Positions 7,873 through 16,996 of a DNA stretch of 64,000 nucleotides are shown piece by piece. How positions within the stretch are numbered: position 1 is the first letter of the stretch; each line of letters opens with the position of its first letter. Position numbers and translations under genes: made by a program. A model generated the notes under the pieces. That model was not told where the DNA came from and searched no databases. It saw nothing but the letters and a program-made list of their open reading frames with translations. The stretch spans positions 74,671 to 138,670 of the forward strand of contig CAZHUC010000002.1 in assembly GCA_964535825.1 (NCBI GenBank). The letters run 5' to 3'. Origin of the DNA: an uncultured Rickettsiales bacterium (GTDB lineage: Bacteria; Pseudomonadota; Alphaproteobacteria; Rickettsiales; SXRF01).

Positions 7873-8220
7873 TCACTCCTCCACAAATCCCTTGAGTCTT
7901 GAAAGCGCCTTATCCCACTGGGTGGATACGAATTCCAGATATTCCTGCATATCCTTGAAGGGCTTGGTATCCAGCTCGTAGATACTTTCCCGTCCGGTGC
8001 GCGTGCTATGCACGATGCCCGCCTCTTCCAGCACCCGCAGATGCTTGGTGACAGCCTGTCGGGTCAGGCGCGTGCCCTCGGTGAGTTGCGAGATGGAGCG
8101 CGGCTGCCCCTTGGTGAGTTTCCCCACCAGCGACAGCCGCGTTTCATCACCCAGTGCAGCAAATACGATGGCGTACTCATGCTGCCTTGCCGTGCTGTTA
8201 TGCTGCTCGCGCATTGACAT
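7873..8220 (-). CDS. ArsR/SmtB-family winged-helix transcriptional regulator
   Basis: The HTH core ALGDETRLSLVGKLTKGQPRSISQLTEGTRLTRQAVTKHLRVLEEAGIV is present. Confidence 0.85.
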   Translation of the reverse strand: MSMREQHNSTARQHEYAIVFAALGDETRLSLVGKLTKGQPRSISQLTEGTRLTRQAVTKHLRVLEEAGIVHSTRTGRESIYELDTKPFKDMQEYLEFVSTQWDKALSRLKGFVEE

Positions 8221-8656
8221 AATTCGCTATGTTGTTCAGTTGCGCACCCCAGCCTTCGGTGTTGCCGCGATATGCTTCTTCGCTGCGGCCTGCCGGCAAT
8301 TTGCTGAATCCGGTCTCCACCACCTGCAGTAGCGTGCTGTTACCCTTTGGAATTAACGTGAATTCCACCAGTGTTGGCGATTCCTTGCTCAGGTCATAAC
8401 TTTTATCGACCGAGCAACCCGGATGCCAGCTATAGGAAAAGAATGTCTCTGGTGTCAGCTTCTGGGTCGTAGCTTCGAAAGGCTTTCCCTCGTAACCTGC
8501 AACGGTCATTTTCCCTTTGGTTGGCTTGCCAACGGTAAATGGGCCTTCCAGCTTTACCCCGAACCATTCGCCGAATTGTTTATGATCGGTGAGCGCCTGC
8601 CATACTTTGGAGACAGGGGCGTTAAGTGTGATCTGTTTTTCTATTCTATCATTCAT
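8198..8656 (-). CDS. SRPBCC-superfamily protein (Aha1/START-like)
   Basis: The translation MNDRIEKQITLNAPVSKVWQALTDHKQFGEWFG... is typical of the family. It overlaps the downstream arsR by 23 nt, the common ArsR-SRPBCC pair. Confidence 0.75.
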   Translation of the reverse strand: MNDRIEKQITLNAPVSKVWQALTDHKQFGEWFGVKLEGPFTVGKPTKGKMTVAGYEGKPFEATTQKLTPETFFSYSWHPGCSVDKSYDLSKESPTLVEFTLIPKGNSTLLQVVETGFSKLPAGRSEEAYRGNTEGWGAQLNNIANYVNARAA

Positions 8657-8670
8657 TGTGCTTCTCCTTT

Positions 8671-8730
8671 ATGCAACGTTATGGTTGCATATTAGCACAG
8701 CGATGGATTAATGCAACCATTTTGTTGCAT
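8671..8730. promoter_or_regulatory. two palindromic operator-like sites upstream of the SRPBCC-arsR operon
   Basis: ATGCAAC-gttatg-GTTGCAT is at 8671-8690 and ATGCAAC-cattttg-TTGCAT at 8711-8730. Both lie in the divergent intergenic region 8657-8778. Confidence 0.5.
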
Positions 8731-8778
8731 ATTTATTTGCTTGCCAAAAATACCTAAAATACAGGAAGATACGAACCT

Positions 8779-9219
8779 ATGACCCTATCCTGTAAAGAAA
8801 TTCCCTTCGGTAGCGATGCGTATAAAACGCTACTTACCATCCGTTATGAGGTGTTGCGCAAGCCCATCGGCTGGGAACTGCGCGAAAAGGATATTGCCAA
8901 TGACCACAATGAATTCCATCTCGCCGCCTTGGATAGTGATGCCATCATTGGCTGCGTCTTGCTCAAACCACTGAATGCATCCGCCGTGCAGCTGCGCCAA
9001 ATGGCGATACTGGATAGCTACCGCGGAAAGAATATCGGCGCGCAGCTGGTGCAGTTCGCAGAAACATTTGCACACTCAAAAGGCTTTGCCACCATCGAAA
9101 CCCGTGCGCGCAAGACCGCGCAGGGATTTTACGAGAAGCTCGGCTATACATTACACGCCGATGAATTCGAAGATGAACATACGCTGATGATGCGTAAGCA
9201 CTTACAGTCTAATTCTTAG
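8779..9219 (+). CDS. GNAT-family N-acetyltransferase
   Basis: The acetyl-CoA motif QLRQMAILDSYRGKNIGAQLVQFAE is present in a 146-aa product. Confidence 0.8.
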   Translation: MTLSCKEIPFGSDAYKTLLTIRYEVLRKPIGWELREKDIANDHNEFHLAALDSDAIIGCVLLKPLNASAVQLRQMAILDSYRGKNIGAQLVQFAETFAHSKGFATIETRARKTAQGFYEKLGYTLHADEFEDEHTLMMRKHLQSNS

Positions 9220-9264
9220 ATCTCGGGATCTCTTTTACCATCTTATCGATGCATGCCTCGCAGC

Positions 9265-9738
9265 TTAAAGCGATTGCAGCACGGGTGTAAATTCTTTCAC
9301 CAGCGCAGCGTATAGATCACGCTTGAATGGTACGATGAGGCTGGACAGGTCATTCGCATCTGCCCAGCACCATTCTGAGAATTCGGGATGCGTGGTCGCG
9401 ATATTGATATCGGAATCCATGCCTAAGAATTTCATCACGAACCATTTCTGACGCTGGCCACGGTATTTGCCGCCCCACACTTTTGGGATCAATTGCTGCG
9501 GCAGATCATAGTAATACCAATCCACGCTCTCTGCGATGATCTCTGCCTTGTTCGTGCCTATTTCTTCTTCTAATTCACGCAATGCCGTGGTGCGCGGTTC
9601 TTCGCCTGCATCCATACCGCCTTGTGGCATCTGCCACGCCTCTGAGACCATATCAATGCGCTTTGCAACAAAGACCTGACGCTTTGCATTGCAAAGCATG
9701 ATGCCTACCCCATCACGATACGGAAGTGAACTCTCCAT
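9265..9738 (-). CDS. rppH: RNA pyrophosphohydrolase (Nudix)
   Basis: The Nudix box is GGMDAGEEPRTTALRELEEEIG. The start MESSLPYR at 9738 lies just after the upstream stop (9744). Confidence 0.85.
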   Translation of the reverse strand: MESSLPYRDGVGIMLCNAKRQVFVAKRIDMVSEAWQMPQGGMDAGEEPRTTALRELEEEIGTNKAEIIAESVDWYYYDLPQQLIPKVWGGKYRGQRQKWFVMKFLGMDSDINIATTHPEFSEWCWADANDLSSLIVPFKRDLYAALVKEFTPVLQSL

Positions 9739-9743
9739 GTGGC

Positions 9744-11303
9744 TTAAGAATAATCGAGGCGTGCCACTGCACTGATCGGTACCAGCAAAATACCCTTGGC
9801 TGCCAATGTATCTGCCCATTGCATGATCTGCGCCACAGAAACCGGGTATGGCTGTGCGATACCTACGGCAAAGCCGCGTTGTAGCGCTAACTGCTCTATT
9901 GATACCAATTTGGCCTTGATGGTCGCCTCACTCAGATCCTCATCAATGACGAAATCAGCAACCACATTCACTGCGGTCGTCTGGCTGAGGATCTCTTTGG
10001 TCTCATTCTTCGAAGTATCGCGTGCCAGTACCAGCATTAACCCGCGGTTAGCCAGTGACTGCGTCAATATCTTGGTGTGCTCAATGCTGCTGGTATAGCG
10101 CTCATTGCGAGGCGTTACAAAACCCACTGATGTCGGAATACGCATCATCAGCCAACGCAGGCGCGATTCATTCTCTTCCGGTGGTTTTTCTAGCAATAAA
10201 CCATAGGGGCCGGGATCTGCTGCAGGATAATTCGCCGGATCTACAGGAAGATCTACCATGACCTCATGCCCGGCAAGGCGGGCAGATGCGCCAAGCTGCT
10301 CGATACCACGCGCATAAGGAGAGAAGCTCAGCGTGATATTCTCATTCAATGCCATGGCATGGTCGGTGACCGTCTTGTTATGCCCAAGACCTGTGATGAT
10401 GATAGCGATCATCGGCTTTTTTCCATCACGCTCGAACGGCTTTGCGTAGAACCGCCATGGTTTCGTGCCGTCCTGTGCAATGGTCGGCAACACCCCATCA
10501 GATGTCTTCTCCTGGATCTGCGGGTTCGCGGGTGGCAAGCGGACGGCAGATGGTTTTATTGCAGGTGCCGGCTGATTCACAAGGGGTGGTGCAGGTGCTG
10601 CCTTGGGTAATTGCGTCGCCTTACCTGATTTATCTTCCGGTACGGCTGGCATTGGCTGATCGAATTTAGGTGGTTCGGGTGCAACCGGGCCAGACTGCGA
10701 TTCATCTGGAGCAGCCTGCTCAGGCGATTGTTCTACCGCTGGAGGTGTTGCCGCAGCATCAGGCGCGGAGGCCGGGGCATCAGCGGTTGACGCTTCCTCC
10801 GGCACTGCAGCAGGAAGCTCTACAGCAGGCGGCTCGGCAGCGCTATCTGTGCTGGCATCTACCGAAGTTTCTGAGGGAGTTTCTGTGGGGGTTGCCGCAG
10901 CATCTTCAGTGGCAGGCTCAGCAGGTTTTGTTTCGTCCGTATTCTCTGCTGGTGTTTCCACAGCCGAAGATTCAGCTGCTTTTTTTTCTTCTGCCGGCTT
11001 GGCTTCTTGCACTGCTTTGTTTTCTTCTACTGGTTTTTTTTCAGCAGCTGGCTCTTTCTTCTCAGCCGTCGGATCAAGCGATCGGGCAAGCTCTGCAGAG
11101 GTGATCTGCCTGCCCTCTAATGTGCTGTCAGCCAACGTATATACCAGCCTGCGGCCTTCCGTATTGGCATCTGTAGTTTCATCACCGCCTGACATCCAGA
11201 TCATGCCGGCAAGGCCGATATTTGCCAGAATTACGAGCACGAGCAGGACACGCCATATCAGCAATGCATTGATCTTTGAGAGCAATCCTTTGCCGAGTGC
11301 CAT
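9744..11303 (-). CDS. divergent polysaccharide deacetylase family protein (YibQ-like) with long Pro/Ala/Glu-rich linker
   Basis: An N-terminal TM is followed by about 200 aa of low complexity (PAEP.., APAP..). The C-terminal domain reads MIAIIITGLGHNKTVTDHAMALNENITLSFSPYA... Confidence 0.75.
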   Translation of the reverse strand: MALGKGLLSKINALLIWRVLLVLVILANIGLAGMIWMSGGDETTDANTEGRRLVYTLADSTLEGRQITSAELARSLDPTAEKKEPAAEKKPVEENKAVQEAKPAEEKKAAESSAVETPAENTDETKPAEPATEDAAATPTETPSETSVDASTDSAAEPPAVELPAAVPEEASTADAPASAPDAAATPPAVEQSPEQAAPDESQSGPVAPEPPKFDQPMPAVPEDKSGKATQLPKAAPAPPLVNQPAPAIKPSAVRLPPANPQIQEKTSDGVLPTIAQDGTKPWRFYAKPFERDGKKPMIAIIITGLGHNKTVTDHAMALNENITLSFSPYARGIEQLGASARLAGHEVMVDLPVDPANYPAADPGPYGLLLEKPPEENESRLRWLMMRIPTSVGFVTPRNERYTSSIEHTKILTQSLANRGLMLVLARDTSKNETKEILSQTTAVNVVADFVIDEDLSEATIKAKLVSIEQLALQRGFAVGIAQPYPVSVAQIMQWADTLAAKGILLVPISAVARLDYS

Positions 11304-11318
11304 ATCCCTCCTGTGCCG

Positions 11319-12668
11319 TTATTTTTGCAGTGCTGACTGGTTATACACACTAACTGCCCTGAGCAGATCGATAGCACGCTGCAACTGATAATCTTCTGCA
11401 GCCTCATCACTGATATTTGCCGGCCTCTTGTCTTTGTCAGCCTTGCTGCTTTTAGACTCTTTTTCTTTAGCATCCTCAGACTCGATCGCCTTCTTCAGGG
11501 CTTCTTTTGCCTTTTTATCCTCAAGGTTATCAAGACGTTTGCGCAGATCCGCCTCAGAACGCATCCTTTCTGTCTTGATCGGTTCGATCTTGGCCTGCTC
11601 AACTATGATATCCGGTGTGATACCTTTCGCCTGGATCGAATGACCCGATGGGGTGTAATAACGCGCGGTGGTAAGGCGGATAGCGCCATGCTCACTGACC
11701 GGGATCACCGTCTGTACCGAACCTTTACCAAAGCTCTTTGTACCCATAATGATCGCACGTTTGTGATCCTGCAATGCGCCGGAGACGATCTCAGAGGCAG
11801 AGGCAGAACCGTTATTGACCAACACAACAACAGGGATGGAATCATTCACCAGCTCATCGCCTTCCTGTGCAGTGAAGCGCTTGGTACGGCTAGGGTCACG
11901 CTCGCGGGTAGATACGATCTCACCTTGCGAAAGGAACGCATCAGAGACTGATACAGCCTGATCCAGCAAGCCGCCCGGATTGTTACGCAGATCGAGCACA
12001 ACACCACGAAGGTTCGGCAATTTCTTTTTAATTTTCTCGAACTCATCACGCATCAGCTCGGTGGTCTGCTCGGTGAATGAGGTAACACGGAGGTACGCAA
12101 TGTCATCACCTTCTGCGCGCGCGCGGGATGATTTGATCTTGATCACCGCCCGCACGATCGGCACTTCGATCGGCTCCGGTGAAGACTCACGCAAAATAGT
12201 CAGCATTACCTTTGAATCTGACGGGCCACGCATCTTTTCTACTGCTTCCGACAGTGTAAGGCCCATCACCGCTTCATCATTGATATAGCTGATATAATCG
12301 CCCGGCTGGATACCCGCTTTTGCTGCCGGTGTATCGTCGATCGGTGATACTACCTTTACCAGTCCGTTCTCCATGGTGACTTCAATACCAAGGCCGCCGA
12401 ACTCACCTTTGGTCTGCACCTGCATTTCCTTGAAGGCCTTTTCATTCAGGAATCCCGAATGCGGGTCAAGTGAGGTAAGCATGCCATTGAGTGCCGCCTC
12501 GATTAGATCCACGTCTTTTACTTCTTCCACATAATCTTCACGCACGCGCTCGAATACGTCGCCAAACAGTGTCAGCATTTCCAGCGTATCATTCTTATCC
12601 GCGTAAGCGATCAATGGGGCAATAAACAGCGCACTGCACAACAAACAGGTTTTAATACTACGGCGCAT
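11319..12668 (-). CDS. ctpA: carboxy-terminal processing protease (S41)
   Basis: A signal peptide and PDZ domain are followed by the S41 core VLVNNGSASASEIVSGALQDHKRAIIMGTKSFGKGSVQTV. Confidence 0.9.
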   Translation of the reverse strand: MRRSIKTCLLCSALFIAPLIAYADKNDTLEMLTLFGDVFERVREDYVEEVKDVDLIEAALNGMLTSLDPHSGFLNEKAFKEMQVQTKGEFGGLGIEVTMENGLVKVVSPIDDTPAAKAGIQPGDYISYINDEAVMGLTLSEAVEKMRGPSDSKVMLTILRESSPEPIEVPIVRAVIKIKSSRARAEGDDIAYLRVTSFTEQTTELMRDEFEKIKKKLPNLRGVVLDLRNNPGGLLDQAVSVSDAFLSQGEIVSTRERDPSRTKRFTAQEGDELVNDSIPVVVLVNNGSASASEIVSGALQDHKRAIIMGTKSFGKGSVQTVIPVSEHGAIRLTTARYYTPSGHSIQAKGITPDIIVEQAKIEPIKTERMRSEADLRKRLDNLEDKKAKEALKKAIESEDAKEKESKSSKADKDKRPANISDEAAEDYQLQRAIDLLRAVSVYNQSALQK

Positions 12669-12692
12669 AAAAGAACGTGAACTCCTTGATTC

Positions 12693-13874
12693 TCAATTGC
12701 CTTTCAATCCGGCGAACCACGCGGCAGGATTGATCGGCTGGTTATTTTTCCGCAATTCGACATACAGGCGGGAATCGTTTCCTTTCCATCCCATAGCACC
12801 AATCGGCTCTCCTTCCAATAGAAACTCTCCGGGATTTACATCGATACTACCAAGTCCTGCCAGCAATGTGTGAAAATCGTCACTATGCTTGACGATGACC
12901 ATCCGGCCATAGGTTAAGAACTGTCCGGAATAGATAACTTCACCATCATAAGGCGCAACCACTAGGGATGACGAGCTTGCTGCAATGCTTATGCCCTTAC
13001 TTGCCCCGCCTCCCTTGGTAATATCGCCAAAACGCTCCTTAACATTACCCGAGACTGGTAGTTTCAGGCGGCCCTTAGCTTTGGTGAAGCTGCGCACCTT
13101 GCCCTTATGGGCTGACTCAGTGAACCAGCCACTGCTTACTTCCTGCACTTCTTTCTTGCGTTCCTGAGCCTGTTTGTTCAGGGATTCAAGCAATTCCTTT
13201 AGGCCGTTCGCCTTTTGTGCCAGTTCTGCCGCGCGGGCGGCTTCCTTTTTCTGCTCGTTCTGCAGGCTCTCCTGCAGTTTCCGACGCTCAACAAGGCTGT
13301 CTGCCAGTGATTTTCTCTCTTCTTCCAGCGCTGCCTGTTTCTTTTCAGTGAGGGCACGATGAGACAGCAGTTTTGCTTCCAATTCCTTAAGCTCGACCAC
13401 CTGGCGATTCAGTGCTTCGGTCTCCCTGCGTATATCCTCCGAGATCATTTTAAGCGCACGCGACACCCTGAGACGCTGCCTGGTATCACCCGGCATCACC
13501 ACCATGGCCTCCACCGGCATCTTGCTGAAGCGCAGCGCAACCTGTACCATGGCTTCCAGCCGCACTTTGTTCTTTTCGATATGCTCCTTTTTCTCTTTGG
13601 TCTGTGCCGCGATCACCTCCAGCTTTTGTTTGGCTGCGCGCAATTCCTTATCTGCCTGTTGAATGGCAGTGGCCGTATTTACCAGCTTCTTTTGAAGCTC
13701 GCTGAGCTCGGCTGCAACCTTACGATTCTGAGATTCAAGGTTGCCCTGCCGTTTCTTGCTCTCTGCTATTTCCTTGCGTGTGCTCTCCAAATCATCCCGT
13801 GTAGCAGCATGAGACACGGAACAGGTAGCAAGAAAAAGCGCGGTCACCCATATAATTGCGGCGCTACGCAGCAT
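12693..13874 (-). CDS. murein hydrolase activator EnvC-like (coiled coil plus LytM/M23 domain)
   Basis: A signal peptide is followed by about 230 aa of coiled coil and a C-terminal LytM-type domain (VIYSGQFLTYGRMVIVKHSDDFHTLLAGL). Confidence 0.8.
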   Translation of the reverse strand: MLRSAAIIWVTALFLATCSVSHAATRDDLESTRKEIAESKKRQGNLESQNRKVAAELSELQKKLVNTATAIQQADKELRAAKQKLEVIAAQTKEKKEHIEKNKVRLEAMVQVALRFSKMPVEAMVVMPGDTRQRLRVSRALKMISEDIRRETEALNRQVVELKELEAKLLSHRALTEKKQAALEEERKSLADSLVERRKLQESLQNEQKKEAARAAELAQKANGLKELLESLNKQAQERKKEVQEVSSGWFTESAHKGKVRSFTKAKGRLKLPVSGNVKERFGDITKGGGASKGISIAASSSSLVVAPYDGEVIYSGQFLTYGRMVIVKHSDDFHTLLAGLGSIDVNPGEFLLEGEPIGAMGWKGNDSRLYVELRKNNQPINPAAWFAGLKGN

Positions 13875-15414
13875 GGCCAGCCAACAATGAGCGGCCTGTC
13901 ATGGCAACAGGTTGTGGAATTTTCATAATGCTAAGTACGGTAGGAGCAATATCGCCCAGTTTACCTTCCGGTATCGGTATCTTCTTACCTTTCAATGCAG
14001 CCGATGCAATGATAACAGGCACAAGATTCAGCGTGTGGGCTGTGTGCGCCTGCCCGGTATGACCGTCAAACAACTGCTCGGCATTACCATGGTCTGCGGT
14101 TACGATCAATGTGCCACCACTGGCGAACACTGCTTCTGATACACGCCCAAGGCAGGTATCCACCGCCTCGACCGCCTTTTTTGCAGCATCCATATCACCT
14201 GTATGACCGACCATGTCTGTGTTGGCATAGTTCACAACGATAAAATCAAATGTTCCTGCCTGGATCGCGGCTACCAGCTTATCGGTCACTTCGGGTGCAG
14301 ACATTTCCGGTTTCATATCGTAGGTCGCAACCTTGGGTGATGGCACAAGGATGCGCTGCTCACCGGTGAATTCCTGCTCACGCCCGCCATTAAAAAAGAA
14401 TGTTACATGGGCGTATTTTTCCGTTTCAGCGATACGAAGCTGTGTAAGCCCGGCTTTGGAAACAACCTCGCCCAGAATATCCGTTAGCGGCTCAGGTGTA
14501 AAAACTGCCTGCATCATGGTGCTGAGTTCTTTAGAGTATTCAGCCATTCCCAGTGCCGCCGCAAATTTCACCACACGCGCACGCGCAAATTCTTTGAAGG
14601 CCGGATTGAGTAATGCAGTTAGCAGCTGACGTACACGATCAGCACGGAAATTGGCCATTAACACGCCATCCCCATCTTTCATGCCTGCATATTTGCCTAC
14701 CACTGCCGGCAGCACAAATTCATCGGTGGTATTTTCTGCATAGGCATGCACAACCACTTCGCTTGCCGATGCAAATGCAGAAGCTTTGCCTGCTACGATA
14801 GCATCGTAGGCTTTTTCCACCCTGTCCCAGCGCTTGTCCCTGTCCATCGCATAATAACGCCCACTCACGGTCGCAAAACTTACATTCACAAGACCAGACA
14901 CTGCCTTTGCCAGATCAGCCAGATAGTCTTTTGCACTTTGTGGTGGCGTATCACGACCATCGAGGAATGTATGGATACACACCGGTACGCCAAGCCCTGA
15001 CATGATACGCGCCATCTCAGCAATATGCGCCTGATGAGAATGCACACCACCGGGCGACACCAGCCCCATCAGGTGACATGTGCCACCGGATTTTTTAAGC
15101 GCATCTGCGAATGATCCTATCTTGGTGTTCTTTGCCAACGATCCATCTTTAATGGCTGCATCGATACGCGGTAACTCCTGCATGATGACACGACCTGAGC
15201 CGATATTCATGTGGCCAACTTCAGAATTCCCCATCTGGCCTTTAGGCAGGCCAACATGCAGCTCCGACGCATTGATGAGGCCGTTCGGATAATGAGTGAT
15301 AAGCGAATCCCAATGCGGCGTATGAGCCGCCATGATGGCATTATGTTCAGGCAAGTCGCTATGCCCCCAACCATCAAGGATCGCAAGTACAACAGGTTTA
15401 GGACGAACGGACAT
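13864..15414 (-). CDS. gpmI: 2,3-bisphosphoglycerate-independent phosphoglycerate mutase
   Basis: VVLAILDGWGHS...NSEVGHMNIGSGR...ADHGNAE are iPGM signatures. Confidence 0.92.
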   Translation of the reverse strand: MSVRPKPVVLAILDGWGHSDLPEHNAIMAAHTPHWDSLITHYPNGLINASELHVGLPKGQMGNSEVGHMNIGSGRVIMQELPRIDAAIKDGSLAKNTKIGSFADALKKSGGTCHLMGLVSPGGVHSHQAHIAEMARIMSGLGVPVCIHTFLDGRDTPPQSAKDYLADLAKAVSGLVNVSFATVSGRYYAMDRDKRWDRVEKAYDAIVAGKASAFASASEVVVHAYAENTTDEFVLPAVVGKYAGMKDGDGVLMANFRADRVRQLLTALLNPAFKEFARARVVKFAAALGMAEYSKELSTMMQAVFTPEPLTDILGEVVSKAGLTQLRIAETEKYAHVTFFFNGGREQEFTGEQRILVPSPKVATYDMKPEMSAPEVTDKLVAAIQAGTFDFIVVNYANTDMVGHTGDMDAAKKAVEAVDTCLGRVSEAVFASGGTLIVTADHGNAEQLFDGHTGQAHTAHTLNLVPVIIASAALKGKKIPIPEGKLGDIAPTVLSIMKIPQPVAMTGRSLLAGHAA

Positions 15415-15425
15415 GATGATTCACG

Positions 15426-16136
15426 TTATAATGCACTGTCCTCACCCGCATTCTTAAGTACGGATTTATCAGCGCGCTTACCGGACACTACATAATACAC
15501 CAGCTTGGCAAGATTTGTAGTGTAGTCGGCAAGGCGCTCAAGATTCTTGGCCGCGAACATCACATGCGTGCAAACCACAACATTCTTTGGATTCTTTTCC
15601 ATATCCTGCTGCATGAGTGTGAATATCTCGCGGTAGAGATCATCGATCTCTTCATCACGCCGCCAGACATCAATCGCTTTGCTCACATCTTTTTGCTCAA
15701 ACGCCATAAGGGCAGAATCCAGCATATCAGCTATGCCATCCGCCATCTGCTCAAGTTTTTGAATCACAGGCTCTGGTGCGAACTCACCCATTTTCACACT
15801 GCGCTTTACGGTATTTTTTGCGAGATCTCCTGCACGTTCCAGCATGCCGGTAATTTTCAGTACAGAGATCACGAAGCGCAGGTCGATCGCCATCGGGTTC
15901 TGCAGTGCCAACACCACGGTTGCCGCTTCCTCGATCTGGAGGTCAAGATCATTGATGTGTTTATCAGCCGCCTTGGCATCCGCCACACGATGTTCATCGC
16001 GCGAACGGAAAGAGGCCTTTGCCGCCAGTATCTGCGCACGCACTTCACCGCCCATATCCATGATGAGCTGCATAAGATGCTGGAGCTGAGCATCATAAGA
16101 TCGCAATGTGTGTTGGCCAAGCGTCATAAACACCAC
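15426..16136 (-). CDS. phoU: phosphate signalling complex protein PhoU
   Basis: The product has the two-repeat PhoU fold sequence (...RSRDEHRVADAKAADKHINDLDLQIEE...DVWRRDEEIDDLYREIF...). No pst genes are nearby. Confidence 0.85.
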   Translation of the reverse strand: MVFMTLGQHTLRSYDAQLQHLMQLIMDMGGEVRAQILAAKASFRSRDEHRVADAKAADKHINDLDLQIEEAATVVLALQNPMAIDLRFVISVLKITGMLERAGDLAKNTVKRSVKMGEFAPEPVIQKLEQMADGIADMLDSALMAFEQKDVSKAIDVWRRDEEIDDLYREIFTLMQQDMEKNPKNVVVCTHVMFAAKNLERLADYTTNLAKLVYYVVSGKRADKSVLKNAGEDSAL

Positions 16137-16197
16137 CTGTTGTGTTATATAGCTTGTCTATATCACAATAAATGCACACCGTAACAGGTTTTTTTAC

Positions 16198-16653
16198 CTA
16201 ATCACGATGGTATGGATGACCAGCGATAATGCTGTGCGACCTGTATAATTGTTCGGCCAGCATGCCACGCACTAGCATGTGTGGCCAGGTGACACGACCG
16301 AATGACCATTTCAGTGTGCTTTGCTTCAACACTGATTCGTGCAACCCATCGCTGCCACCGATCACGAACGCCAGTGATGAAATACCCTGCCCTTGCCACT
16401 GTTTTATTTGCGTGGCGAATTCCCGGCTGGAGAGTGTTTTGCCGGATTCATCCAGCGCAATGATACATTCGAACCCCTTGCAGGCATCAAGCAGGTGTTC
16501 GGCTTCTTTGAGTTTTCTTTGGGGAGTATCTGCTAGTTTGACATCGAATTCGCGGCATTCGATCTTCCAGGGTAGACGGCTAATGTAGGAGAGATATAAA
16601 TCCCTCTCAGGCGAGGCCTTGGCCTTGCCGATGGCCGCGATCAGAATCTTCAT
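16198..16653 (-). CDS. rlmH: 23S rRNA (pseudouridine1915-N3)-methyltransferase
   Basis: MKILIAAIGKAK...FVIGGSDGL...SFGRVTWPHMLVR is SPOUT RlmH. Confidence 0.9.
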   Translation of the reverse strand: MKILIAAIGKAKASPERDLYLSYISRLPWKIECREFDVKLADTPQRKLKEAEHLLDACKGFECIIALDESGKTLSSREFATQIKQWQGQGISSLAFVIGGSDGLHESVLKQSTLKWSFGRVTWPHMLVRGMLAEQLYRSHSIIAGHPYHRD

Positions 16654-16657
16654 GGGG

Positions 16658-16996
16658 CTAGTTCACTGCTTCAAGCTGAGGCAGCGCAACTGACCACATT
16701 TTTTCCAGGTTGTAGTAACCACGGGCTTCCGGACGGAAGATGTGAACGACAACGTCGCCAGCATCTACCAGAACCCAGTCACATACTTCCTGACCTTCGA
16801 CCGATATATTTTCCATACCCGTGCTCTTGAGCATTTCCACGACATGGTCGGCAAGTGCGCCAACATGACGCGCTGAAGTACCGCTCGCAATAACCATGCG
16901 GTCGGCGAAATCAGATTTGCCGGCAAGGTCAACGGATACGATATTTTCAGCTTTATTGTTGTCTAGACAGGTTTGGATGAGTTGCTCAAGTTTCAG
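16658..16996 (-). CDS. rsfS: ribosome silencing factor RsfS
   Basis: The listed ORF starts at ATG 16897 (79 aa). The same frame stays open upstream and encodes the conserved RsfS N-terminus LEQLIQTCLDNNKAENIVSVDLAGKSDFADR. No ATG, GTG or TTG is available there. The likely start is CTG 16996, overlapping the nadD stop as CTGA. Confidence 0.7.
   Translation of the reverse strand: MKLEQLIQTCLDNNKAENIVSVDLAGKSDFADRMVIASGTSARHVGALADHVVEMLKSTGMENISVEGQEVCDWVLVDAGDVVVHIFRPEARGYYNLEKMWSVALPQLEAVN

Noticed and set aside
10670-11388. Two long plus-strand ORFs (144 and 179 aa) lie opposite the YibQ-like gene.
   Set aside because: They arise from the GCN-periodic low-complexity coding tract of the minus-strand gene. 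No motifs are present.
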